Positions 22,701-31,650 of a stretch of 64,000 nt of DNA are shown one piece after another. The notes below the pieces were generated by a model. That model was not told the origin of the DNA, searched no databases, and was given only the letters and a program-made list of their open reading frames with translations. Made by a program: the position numbers and the translations under genes. The DNA comes from an uncultured cyanobacterium (GTDB lineage: Bacteria; Cyanobacteriota; Cyanobacteriia; Cyanobacteriales; Nostocaceae): the NCBI GenBank assembly GCA_963740315.1, contig CAVUDP010000002.1, forward strand, positions 2,656,001-2,720,000. The letters are read 5' to 3'. Positions within the stretch are counted from its first letter, which is position 1. Every line of letters starts with the position of its first letter.

Positions 22701-23159
22701 AGTTATAGAGCTTCTGTCTCCTAAAGTAACAGCCATATCTTGTCGAGGATTAGCGACTTTTCTACCGTGGAATTTATAATCCATCGGTTCTGCTAAAATC
22801 TCTCGCGCTAGAGTAATATTAGGATCATCTAAAAAGTCGGTTCTTTGAAACTGTAACGTTTGACCGTCGATTTCATAAACTCCTTTAATTCCTTTACTCT
22901 TTAGCTGATAATAATGGTCGTTATAAAGTGCTACTGCGTATTCTAAAGAACTTTTAGTTACGTAAGCCAAAGACATCTGACGTGAATTAAAAATTGCTTG
23001 TCGTGCGGATTCTAATATTGATGCATTTAAAACGCTCGTCATTCCCGACATAATCGCGGGAGCATATTCTAGAGACTTAACTCCGATAAATTCTTCCATA
23101 AGAACGCATAACCAGCAAATACGGTCGTGTCCCAACCAAAAATTAGGTTTAATTCGCAT
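19722..23159 (-). CDS. DinG-like SF2 helicase (pPIWI_RE_Z-associated type)
   Basis: Walker A GLPGAGKTT, IFDEAD, TSAT, AIGRGVNI, QTIGRGMR; Cys cluster between Walker A and B. Confidence 0.85.
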   Translation of the reverse strand: MRIKPNFWLGHDRICWLCVLMEEFIGVKSLEYAPAIMSGMTSVLNASILESARQAIFNSRQMSLAYVTKSSLEYAVALYNDHYYQLKSKGIKGVYEIDGQTLQFQRTDFLDDPNITLAREILAEPMDYKFHGRKVANPRQDMAVTLGDRSSITRLPIPPINLSLATRKTHDLNRQPRGSISIPLEELRQIAEEMDRRDKQHPERRPGNWTQRFEHFEVLVPEVNQGLREETLTIELFGIKHLIGLPGAGKTTMLMLIAVWLGRNGYKIMLVFPSIEVSRQYMADLKFHGIKVGMLVGQNPTTRRTHADRIAETIAASGGQGGFAYTLDGADNFACNCLLPAFSTTETSLWGFGNAPCSSILQNSFDGKTKEYLCPLWTMCGRNKAPRDLIDGDVWVGHIISMDTTVPYQAIDEEIRYFELIARNFDLVIFDEADMVQSNLDAYGVAKLNLSGADDSIHRTILEQVHNPLSRRENYRLADRTIELYSRNMAEFGNHNTSLVSLLQNINPRIKKRFEGCLLTVSRIIGEILEGFDDNKSYSQRDIADTEEIRKGFTKNHALTEYWTSAAYNAFYDRTGAETALKNFKQDLCSRTLGISKKKLTDDWEKLTSLLRRYLAENLIKKRDEIVEGIVSLFIKICFADEESPHLTNEVIPLLIAITFVILGYQRTVSETRTMVAEGLIKEPILNPPLSAQLRRFTPENLIGLLSGVKYNLKNAQTNRNNSSNVEISYVTFIGTPRMLMHRFNRLLEADNREKSPAILMTSATSYLEASPAYHVDVYPNYLLKPKGKEDKSNSSNVSQYYFQYFCDKERNNEPLRYSGAGQLRERNLLEMVRQLVENGENSEVNKSIRNFNVEYGIHRKAAFVVNSYPQVREIKQFLNRYYPEIGKRTKAVVRYLKEGEKPENYVTTSQCESLGDDDTCDLIIFPMLAIGRGVNIVFTKGERERDAAIGSIYFLTRPHPTTDDTQLLSSLAGRATQRFDSHVFSPEQGLTDIYQAWNSARSDIYREARRLLQEPLMASRLGEELFTPFTANQMVAILQTIGRGMRNGCPVKVYFIDAAWAPQSAKDKTDSPRDSMLVQMRVILEECMTHPDSLIREIYGELYDAFLEPLRRIDKLNYPTNLFKSEDSVYEEDGFEDYDDLYDM

Positions 23160-24642
23160 AGCTCCCCTCTTGGATATTTTCTATAACTGAAGACACCGAC
23201 ATTATTTTTAAGCTCTTAGCATCACTTGTTTTATTCAGCAATGAATTAACAGTAGAAATATATCCCGGACAGTCTTCAATTAGTTCGTCGGTAATAGCAA
23301 GAATTTTTTCACCGTAATGAATTAATCCACCAATACCACGATTGAGTTTTAACGCTAGCAATACAGGACTCCGATAAGATTTAGCATCTATTCCGATAGC
23401 GGAATCGTTAATTGAAACATCACATAGGTCTGATTTTGGGTACAGTTGAGCATCCAAACCATAGGTTTTTGCTTCGTCAAAAATTGCTAACTCATCAATA
23501 GCAGGAGCAGTCCAATAAGCTAATATTTGTGGTTTGGCTACTAATAACCGTTCCTCTTGCGGGTTTAACCGTTCCCCTACCTGTGGTGGATATTTACTAT
23601 TACACTGATGAATTGGACAATAATAGCCTTTGGGATAACTTAGTCTATCTGCATTCGGTCGTATCAAAGTCCCGCAATGAGTGCAGCGTAAAGCATATCC
23701 ATTAATTAACCATGCTTCTGGAACGTAATGGAAAAACTCTCTTACTGTTTCCTGCAAAGGTGTAAGATTTTTATTTACCAAATAATCTAAAAGTTCTCTT
23801 TCACTAATTAAAGATTTTCTTCCTATGATTTCTCTCAATGCAGTATAAGCATAATGCTGTTTTCTCTTTCCTAACCTTTCCGTAGCTTTCCTCAAATCAC
23901 TATACAGACGATGTTCCACAACATTATCTTCACCAAAGCTACCAGAACTATTTGCAATTTCAGCACAATCCGGTGTTGGTACCCTCAAATCAAAATCAAT
24001 TAATTTGACATTACCAAAATCAAATTCCGACCCCCGAAAAATTTCCAAATTCCATTTTTCATCTTCAAAACTATATCGAGAACGTTCCAATACATCATGA
24101 ATGCAAGCAGCATCATCGCATTTTCCTTCTTCTAAATACAAACGACCAAGCTTACACATAGCCGAATGCAATTCTGGAGGTAATCTTTCATCCTGTCTGA
24201 CAATCTCTCTACCCGTAAGCACGGTATTGTATTGACGCAATATTCCCTGAGCAAGCAAAATTACAGCATCTTTAGCCAAATTCTGATTGTTCTTATCTTT
24301 TCGCTTCAATAAGGCACTATTACTGAAATTACCTTCACCATCTTTCTCAACTAAAATCTGCTCTTCCAATTGCTTCTCATTCCAAGAAGATAAAACTTCT
24401 ACAATCGCTACTAACGTCCAACCCTTTTTTAACAAAACCAAAGTAGCTAATCCTTCTAATATCTGACGAAAACCGAACTTTTCCCCCTTTGGCTGCGATA
24501 ATATTTTTCGCGATCGCCATAAACGAACTGTTCTTACAGTAGGAGGTTCGACAGATAAACCCAATTGTTTAATCTGAGACTTTAACCCTTCCGCAAGAGC
24601 TTCTGCTTTACCTTGCCAATCTCGAACATTATCAAAAACCAT
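23149..24642 (-). CDS. MerR-like HTH, pPIWI_RE_Y-like domain, Zn ribbon and PD-(D/E)xK restriction-endonuclease-fold protein
   Basis: TVRTVRLWRSRKILSQP..KKGWTL HTH; CTHCG and CPIHQC; E..YPKSDLCDV..IDAKSY; 11-bp overlap with the helicase start. Confidence 0.78.
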   Translation of the reverse strand: MVFDNVRDWQGKAEALAEGLKSQIKQLGLSVEPPTVRTVRLWRSRKILSQPKGEKFGFRQILEGLATLVLLKKGWTLVAIVEVLSSWNEKQLEEQILVEKDGEGNFSNSALLKRKDKNNQNLAKDAVILLAQGILRQYNTVLTGREIVRQDERLPPELHSAMCKLGRLYLEEGKCDDAACIHDVLERSRYSFEDEKWNLEIFRGSEFDFGNVKLIDFDLRVPTPDCAEIANSSGSFGEDNVVEHRLYSDLRKATERLGKRKQHYAYTALREIIGRKSLISERELLDYLVNKNLTPLQETVREFFHYVPEAWLINGYALRCTHCGTLIRPNADRLSYPKGYYCPIHQCNSKYPPQVGERLNPQEERLLVAKPQILAYWTAPAIDELAIFDEAKTYGLDAQLYPKSDLCDVSINDSAIGIDAKSYRSPVLLALKLNRGIGGLIHYGEKILAITDELIEDCPGYISTVNSLLNKTSDAKSLKIMSVSSVIENIQEGSYAN

Positions 24643-24645
24643 TTT

Positions 24646-24695
24646 TTTACATCATTCGATGTAAACACTGTATGGTGTAAATGCAAAAAATGCAA
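24646..24695 (-). promoter_or_regulatory. Sigma70-type promoter with overlapping palindromic operator for the pPIWI-RE operon
   Basis: Minus strand TTGCAT(24695-24690)-N17-TACAGT(24672-24667); TTTACATC-N4-GATGTAAA at 24646-24665. Confidence 0.6.
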
Positions 24696-24951
24696 ATTTG
24701 ACACAACGGTTATTAGTGATTGTTACAATACTTAGTAAAATCTACATTTGTGATAATTCTGGTGGTGACAGAGCAACCGAAACCCAGTTCAGAGGAACGA
24801 TTTCGGTTGCTATGAGGATTAAATTACTATCGGTTGTTGCAGTTTATATTAGTTACATTATCAGCAATCATAAATTTTATAATTACTTCAGTAGCGAGCA
24901 CATTGATTTATTTACATCCATACAACCTAAAGCTTTGCTTTGTCGAAAAAA

Positions 24952-27900
24952 TCAAGAAACCGCCGGAGGAAGCAAAAGCTGCCGTCTTTTTTTACCAGGA
25001 TTCTTCCTCCGCTTTTTCACCAACAAATAAGCAGCAGGAGTAAAATAAAGCGCCAGTAATGGAGAACCACCAATCCCCCCCGCGATCGCAATTGCTAGAG
25101 GTTGCCAGAAACTACCTCCGTCGGTAATTAGCGGGATAAAACCCACCATTGTCGTAATAGTTGTAGTTAATACGTGACGTGTTGCTTTGACTACAACTTC
25201 TCGCACCGCTTTAACATCTCCCTGACGCGCTTCTTCGTTTTCGTTAAAGGCTGACAAAATAATAATCGCACCGTTAATAGCAATACCAATTAAACCCATT
25301 GTGCCGACAATCGCCATAAATCCCATTACCGAACCAAAAGCCCATAAAGCAAATAAAGCTAAACCAACCGAACCAACTCCAACAGCAAAGACGATTCCAG
25401 CAAGTCGAAATGAACCCAACGATAGCACTAGGGTAATTACCATAATCAAACCCAGCAATCCCACAGTTGACATTAGATTCCCCGTAGCTTCGCCGCTTTC
25501 AGCTTGTTCGCCGCCAAATTCATATCTATATCCAGGGGGAAGTTCAAACTTCTGTGTTTCAAGACGTTTTTGTAATTCTTCCAGAACTGTTGACGGTAAA
25601 ACTCCAGCAGAAATAAAAGCTTGAACGGTGTTAACTCTTTGTTCGTCGCGTCTGGAGATTTTTGCTAATTGAGGAACCAGCTTAAAATTACCTAAAGCTG
25701 ATAAAGGACGCAAGTTTTGTTCGGAATTAGCACCTTGCTGATTTGGTTGCAAATTAAGGGAAGCAATTTGAGATAAGTCTCCTCGGTTTGAATTAGCAAT
25801 CCTTACTCTTACAGGTAAATTTTCTGTAGCTTCGAGAATCGAACCGCCAACGGAACCTTCTAAATAACTTTGTAACTGTTGGGCGATCGCTGTATTATCA
25901 AGTCCGACTAACCGCGCTTGTTCTTCGTCTACAGTTAATCCCAATTTGGGTAAAGTTTCCGTCAAATCATCCCGTACATGAGTCACATCGGGTATCTGCG
26001 TTAAGATTTCCCGAACTATCGCGCCTAATATTCGCAGTTGTTGAATATCCAATCCATAAATTCGCATTTCTACAGGAGCTTCAAATGGTGGCCCTTGCTC
26101 TAATTGTTTTACCAAAACCCGCGCTTGAGGAAAATATTCATCTAACTCGTCTTGTAAAGTCCGAATTAATTGCGTAACCCCTTTATCTGTATTTAGCTGT
26201 ACCATTGCTTGAGCATAGTAAGCAGCATTTTGTATCCCACCAGTAAAGTTGTAGTAAAACTTAGGGGCGCTTTCACCAACAAACCAGTGAACTTCCTCAA
26301 CCTCGGAATGTTCGCGAATTAATTTACGAGCTAATAATACATCCTCGCGACTTTGAGCAATGGAAGTTTGAGCGGGGAATTCTACTTCAATCTGAAACTG
26401 ATCGCGATCGAGGGAAGGGAAAAACTGCGTTGGCAGAGAACTGACATTCATAAAACCCATCACGGGTAATATCATTGTTAAGACAACAGCAATTAAAGGT
26501 TTCGCCGTAGCCCAGTCTAAAGTCTTGCGATAAATCCGACCTAAAAAAGGTGAAGAAAAACCAGCATTCCACCAAGCATCGGGATTTTTCAGTTTTGATA
26601 AAAGTTTTGATAATTTTGATGTTAAAAAATTACAAGATTCGCGTTTCGGACGAGAATTATGATTGGTGGTTATAGTTTTTCCGAGAAAACGCCCAGAAAG
26701 TGCTGCAATTACGGTTAAAGATATTACCAAAGAAGAAACTAGGGACATAATTACCCCCCAAGCGATAGAACCAACGAATTCCCCCGCTCCTCCCGGCAAC
26801 AAACCAATCGGTAAGAAGGTAAGTATTGTAGTCAAACTTGATGTCAGCAGAGGAACTGTTAAATAATTAACCGTTTTCACAACAGCATCTTTTGGCTTTA
26901 AACCTGCTTCCAGTTCAACCTGAATTTCGTCTACCACTACAATTGCGTTGTCAATCAACAATCCCAAAGCGATAATTAACCCCGAAACTGACATCTGATG
27001 AATGGGAATATTGAAAAGTTGTAATTCCCCAAATACCGCAAATACCGTTAAAGGTAATGCAGCACCGACAATAATAGAAGAGCGCCAACCCATCCCAAAA
27101 AAAGTTACAGCAACCACAAGGAAAGCACTAAACAATAAATTAGATATCAGATTATCTAAACGTGTTTCTACGTAACTACTTTGGTCAAAAATAACTTCTA
27201 ACTTAATGAGCTTGGGAAGCGGCGTGCGATAATCTTCTAATCGTTCGCGAATTTGTGTAGCCCATAGATCGATCCGATTCCCAGACTCCATCAGCACCCC
27301 TAAAGCCACCGCAGGTTTGCCACCAATCAAAGCTAAATCTGTTACGGGTTCTCTGATACCTCTAGTAACTCGTGCAATATCTCCCAAACGAGTAAACTGT
27401 CCGCTTGCAGTCGAGGAAATCGGAATTTTACGAATTCGTTCAGTTGAATCAAGTTCGCCTTCCACCTCAATGGCTAAAGTATTATTAGGGCTGCGAAGTT
27501 GTCCAGCACTTGTTTTAGCATCACTTTGCAAGATTTGTTGCGATAATTGTTGAACATTTAAGCCCACCGCAGCTAAATCCGATGGATTGATTTCAACAGT
27601 GATTTCCTCCGAAGGAAAGCCAAAAGTATCTACTTTCTCAGTTCCCCCTACCCCTCGAAGTTGAACATCAAGTTCTTCAGCAAAACGGCGTAAAACTGCA
27701 TAATTAGGTTCGTCTTTTCCTTGCCAAACCAAAGATGCGATCGCAGCATAAGCTCGCGTCTCTGCTTCATTTAAATCTGGTTCCAATACTCCAGGTGGAA
27801 ATTGCGGAGTTGCATCTGCTAACTTATCTCGTACCCGCGTCCAAATAGGTTGAGCATTACTTACAGTCTGTTTTAATTCAATCGAAATTGCAGACAAACC

Positions 27901-28152
27901 AACGCGAGAATCGGATGTAATAGTATCAATTTCCTTAATCTCAGACATTTCCGATTCGATAACTTCTGTTACTAATGCTTCTACACGTTCGGCACTAGCT
28001 CCCGGAAACACCGTCGTAATTACAGCAGTTCGCGCTGTTTGTGTTGGATCTTCCTGACGCGGTAAAGATTGAAAAGCTGAAAATCCCCAAAATATTATCA
28101 ATACAAAAGTTAGGATTAGCAAACGGATATTACGAAAAAAAGGAAGAACCAT
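24952..28152 (-). CDS. RND efflux transporter permease (AcrB/AcrD/AcrF family)
   Basis: FPGASAERVE, GLLIDNAIVVVD, GIAINGAII; 1066 aa with multiple TM segments. Confidence 0.95.
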   Translation of the reverse strand: MVLPFFRNIRLLILTFVLIIFWGFSAFQSLPRQEDPTQTARTAVITTVFPGASAERVEALVTEVIESEMSEIKEIDTITSDSRVGLSAISIELKQTVSNAQPIWTRVRDKLADATPQFPPGVLEPDLNEAETRAYAAIASLVWQGKDEPNYAVLRRFAEELDVQLRGVGGTEKVDTFGFPSEEITVEINPSDLAAVGLNVQQLSQQILQSDAKTSAGQLRSPNNTLAIEVEGELDSTERIRKIPISSTASGQFTRLGDIARVTRGIREPVTDLALIGGKPAVALGVLMESGNRIDLWATQIRERLEDYRTPLPKLIKLEVIFDQSSYVETRLDNLISNLLFSAFLVVAVTFFGMGWRSSIIVGAALPLTVFAVFGELQLFNIPIHQMSVSGLIIALGLLIDNAIVVVDEIQVELEAGLKPKDAVVKTVNYLTVPLLTSSLTTILTFLPIGLLPGGAGEFVGSIAWGVIMSLVSSLVISLTVIAALSGRFLGKTITTNHNSRPKRESCNFLTSKLSKLLSKLKNPDAWWNAGFSSPFLGRIYRKTLDWATAKPLIAVVLTMILPVMGFMNVSSLPTQFFPSLDRDQFQIEVEFPAQTSIAQSREDVLLARKLIREHSEVEEVHWFVGESAPKFYYNFTGGIQNAAYYAQAMVQLNTDKGVTQLIRTLQDELDEYFPQARVLVKQLEQGPPFEAPVEMRIYGLDIQQLRILGAIVREILTQIPDVTHVRDDLTETLPKLGLTVDEEQARLVGLDNTAIAQQLQSYLEGSVGGSILEATENLPVRVRIANSNRGDLSQIASLNLQPNQQGANSEQNLRPLSALGNFKLVPQLAKISRRDEQRVNTVQAFISAGVLPSTVLEELQKRLETQKFELPPGYRYEFGGEQAESGEATGNLMSTVGLLGLIMVITLVLSLGSFRLAGIVFAVGVGSVGLALFALWAFGSVMGFMAIVGTMGLIGIAINGAIIILSAFNENEEARQGDVKAVREVVVKATRHVLTTTITTMVGFIPLITDGGSFWQPLAIAIAGGIGGSPLLALYFTPAAYLLVKKRRKNPGKKRRQLLLPPAVS

Positions 28153-28154
28153 AA

Positions 28155-28440
28155 CGATTTTGGATTTTAGATTTTGGATTTTGGATTTAAGAGTTAGGAA
28201 TTATGAGTTAAGAATTGGGCATTGGGCTACCTCCCACCTCCGGTGAATGGGCATTGGTAATTGGTATACGCCCGCACGCAATACCGTGACGTTCGCTCCG
28301 CTAGCCGCGTGAATGGTAATTGGGCATTGGGCATAGCTCACGGAGTTATAAGTTGAGAGTGTTAGCGGAGCGTGTCCGTCAGGACATGGAATTAGGACTT
28401 TTCTACCCCCTCTACCCCCTCTACCCCATCTCCCCATCTC
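28155..28440. repeat. Mixed short tandem repeats with embedded dispersed repeats
   Basis: (GATTTTG)n, (TTGGGCA)n, (CTACCCCCT)n. Confidence 0.7.
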
Positions 28441-29831
28441 ACTCCCCAATCGGACGCACCATCTGACCGGGAACTAAGCGATGAACTCCGTTGGCAACAA
28501 TCCTGTCTCCTTCTCGCAAGGTACCGCGTACTAAAACTCTGTCGCTTTCTTGATGTAATATTTCTACACTACGCTGTTCAAGCACAAAAGCATCTCTAGA
28601 AGTACCAGCATTTTCTGAAGCAGGTTTTGTCAAAACATAACTTGTCCAAAGTCCGCGCAATCCTTGAGTTAAAGCTTTATTGGGCAACCAAAATCCTTCT
28701 GTAGGAATTGTATCCGTAAGTTTCAATCTAACTGTTTGACCGGGATTTATTTGAGATATTAAGGATGATTCTAGTTTCAATACAACTACTTGAGTGCGAG
28801 TACTAGGATTAACTACTGGCAAAATTGAAGCTACTCTTGCCGAGTAAGTTTGGTTATTAATTTCTACCTTTTGAGGGCTACCAACTTCAAGTTTATTTAC
28901 GACGGTTGCAGGCATTCCGATTCTGGCTTCTGGACTGGTATTTTCGACCAAACGCACCACAGCTTGACCTGTATTAACTACCGTTCCTTCATCGATTTGA
29001 CGAGCGGAAACAATACCCGCAAATGGTGCTTTTATCGTACTTTTGGCGATTGTAATTTCTAAGTCTGATATACTCGCTTCTAACTGTTTTACAGCAGCTC
29101 GCTGTGCGGCTATTTGTTCTGTACGGGTTCCGGCTAAAAGTTCGTTTAAATTACTTTGTGCTTGTCTCAAACGAGCATTTAAAGAATTTTCGCCAAAAGA
29201 AATCTCATCAAGCTGTTCTCGCGAAATAGCACCTTCACCATAGAGATACTTTCGTCTTTTAAGTTTAGTTCTTTGTAACTCCAATTGCTGTTTGATATCG
29301 TCAACTGCTGCACGAGCCGCTGCAATATCTTGGCTACGAGGACCTGCTATAGACTCATCTAATCTAGCTTGTGCTTGGGCTTTTTGAGCTTCCAACTGCA
29401 ATTTTTGCATCTGCAAATTACTCACATCAAGCTTTGCGATCGTCTGTCGGGATTTAACTCTGTCTCCTTCAAAGACAAATACCTCAACCAACTTCCCACC
29501 GCGCTCAAATCCCAACTCGCTAGTCCGAATTGCAGCAATTTCACCAGTGTAAATCCGCAACACCTGATAGGATTCGACAGGTTTTGCTCGGAAAGTTATA
29601 ACTGGTAAAGGTTTCGCTACAGTAACTTTCTTTGTTCAGATCCTCTGTTTTAGTTGAATTATTAACAAAGACTACTCCCACTGCTAGCATCAACCCAAGC
29701 ACACCTAACATTCTATAGCGAAGTAACTTAGAATAATCTCGATGCTGATTTTCTAACTCTTGGGAATATTCCCCATCCGAGAGTTTTTCATTACCTGATA
29801 TCTGGGAGGGCGGAGTAAAATCTGGGTTCAT
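28439..29831 (-). pseudogene. RND efflux periplasmic adaptor, frameshifted near 29630
   Basis: The TM-anchor ORF 29541-29831 shifts frame into KVTVAKPLPVITFRAKPVESYQVLRIYTGEI, continuous with ORF 28439-29563 (IKAPFAG). Confidence 0.75.
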
Positions 29832-29887
29832 AGCATTTGCCTCCAGTGGGGAGCTTATATCTTTAAAAAAGTTTTCTTACATCTATG

Positions 29888-29930
29888 ATTCAAACACACG
29901 TTTGAATTTTAGTCAATCATACGTTTGATA
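29888..29930. promoter_or_regulatory. Tandem TetR operator sites
   Basis: ATTCAAAC-ACAC-GTTTGAAT with perfect arms, plus degenerate copy 29911-29930, between the divergent tetR and efflux genes. Confidence 0.7.
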
Positions 29931-30089
29931 TAGTCAATAGTTAGGCTCAATGCATCTGGGCTTGTTTTATTGATTTCGTTTATAGCTATAATTGGATTTA
30001 GTACAATTCATTTAGACTTTTCTAACCAAAATACTACAGCATTTACAATCAAAGAATATAAAGGATAATTATTCAAGCGTTTGATTTAC

Positions 30090-30722
30090 ATGAAAAATAC
30101 TGTAACAAATATCGATACAAAAGAACAAATACTTAACGTAGCTGAAAGACAATTTGCTGAAAAAGGTTTTGCTGGAACAACTTTGCGGGGCGTTATCCGA
30201 GAAGCGGAAGTTAATATTGCAGCCGTTCACTACCACTTTGGCTCGAAAGAAGAATTATTTATTGCTGTCGTGCGAAGAGTTGCCCAGCAAATTGTGCAAG
30301 CTCAATTACAGCAGTTAGCGAAATATGAAAATCTAACAGAACTGCCTTCCCTAGAAAATATTCTGGAAGCATTTATTGCTCCTCCATTGAGAGTTATACC
30401 ACAAATGGGAGAAGCAGGAATGATTCGCGCTCAATTTCTCGGTCGCTGTCGTGCGGAACCATTACCCATACAGCAACGAGCAGAAAAAGAATTTGATGAA
30501 AGTCAACAACGCTTTTTAGATATTCTTCAGCGAGCGCTTCCCAATCAAACGCGCACAGAACTACAGTGGAAATTAGATTTAGCGATCGCCATATTAATTC
30601 GTACTTTAAACCAAGTTGGTCAAACGGGGCAGTTGATAACGGGAAGTTCTACCGAAGAAGTTGAAATTGCGATCGCGCGTTTAGTAAAGTTTGTTGCTCA
30701 AGGGATGAAAAATTTTGATTGA
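30090..30722 (+). CDS. TetR/AcrR family transcriptional regulator
   Basis: TKEQILNVAERQFAEKGFAGTTLR..AAVHYHFGSKEEL; ATG at 30090. Confidence 0.93.
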   Translation: MKNTVTNIDTKEQILNVAERQFAEKGFAGTTLRGVIREAEVNIAAVHYHFGSKEELFIAVVRRVAQQIVQAQLQQLAKYENLTELPSLENILEAFIAPPLRVIPQMGEAGMIRAQFLGRCRAEPLPIQQRAEKEFDESQQRFLDILQRALPNQTRTELQWKLDLAIAILIRTLNQVGQTGQLITGSSTEEVEIAIARLVKFVAQGMKNFD

Positions 30723-30760
30723 AGGGAAGGTTTAATTTTTAAATTTAGTTTAGCCACTTA

Positions 30761-31393
30761 TCAATAAAAAACCTGAGTATAATGCTTCTCAAAATTATGC
30801 TCAAATACAGCATTAACGATCGCATTAACTATTTTTTCACCACCAGCGCTTGAAGGTTCAATTGGATTTGCATAATCTGCGGCTTCGTTGCAGGTTAATC
30901 TTAAATCGATCAACGGAATACCATTTTGAAAAGCTTGTCGAATAATTACATCGTTGAAAATTGCTAAAGCAGCAACCGCAATTCTTTGATAAGTTGACTC
31001 TGGATAATTCGGATTATAAATGGTGCAAATACTTGTAGGAATACCAAGGCTGATAATTTTTTGCAACAATTTCTGATACTGGTTTTCAAAGTCCTCTCTC
31101 ATGTTAGCCAGCTTGATAAATACTTCAGCAGAAGAGGCAACTTTCTCATTTAAAATACTGACACAGCTGAGCGCATTATTTCCTCCTACACTCAGAACTA
31201 AATGAGTAGCATCTTTTGGTAATTTTTCCAGTTGAGTGTAAACATCATCAACATTATTCCCATCGATCGCGTTTAAGCTAGCATTCCAATTATCGGGAAG
31301 CTTCATCTGCAACTGCGCGATCGCCGAGGGATTTTTCCCAACGTAAGCAGCATTATCAAAAATCGAATCACCGAGTAAAACTATGTGGGGCAT
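30761..31393 (-). CDS. SGNH/GDSL hydrolase
   Basis: LLGDSIFDN, SVGGNN, NPIEPS. Confidence 0.88.
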   Translation of the reverse strand: MPHIVLLGDSIFDNAAYVGKNPSAIAQLQMKLPDNWNASLNAIDGNNVDDVYTQLEKLPKDATHLVLSVGGNNALSCVSILNEKVASSAEVFIKLANMREDFENQYQKLLQKIISLGIPTSICTIYNPNYPESTYQRIAVAALAIFNDVIIRQAFQNGIPLIDLRLTCNEAADYANPIEPSSAGGEKIVNAIVNAVFEHNFEKHYTQVFY

Positions 31394-31650
31394 TTTTAAT
31401 ATGGGTAATAGGTAATGGGTAACAAGCACAGAGGGGGTAGATAACCATTAACTCATATCTACGAACTATTACCAATGCCCAATGCCCAATACCCAATTAC
31501 CAATTCCCAATTACCAAATTTCCCTTCAAATGGAAAGAGTAAGATAGAATTGTTAAGGGATGTTTACAGAATTTCCATTTTTATCCGAATTCTGTTATTA
31601 CAGCCTTCACAAGTTTAAACTATAAAATCCGCAGTTCATCGGACGTACTT

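Noticed and set aside
16545..24642. HIP1 depletion as proof of non-cyanobacterial origin
   Set aside because: I saw two sites (near 18756 and 24510). That seems sparse, but an eye count is not adequate and a cyanobacterial donor remains plausible
16442..24951. Integrase, transposase or tRNA target for the island
   Set aside because: None recognisable; the only boundary signal is the efflux-gene repeat
24698..25043. Plus-strand ORFs as a fourth gene of the island
   Set aside because: TTG starts, antisense overlap with the efflux gene, no recognisable motif
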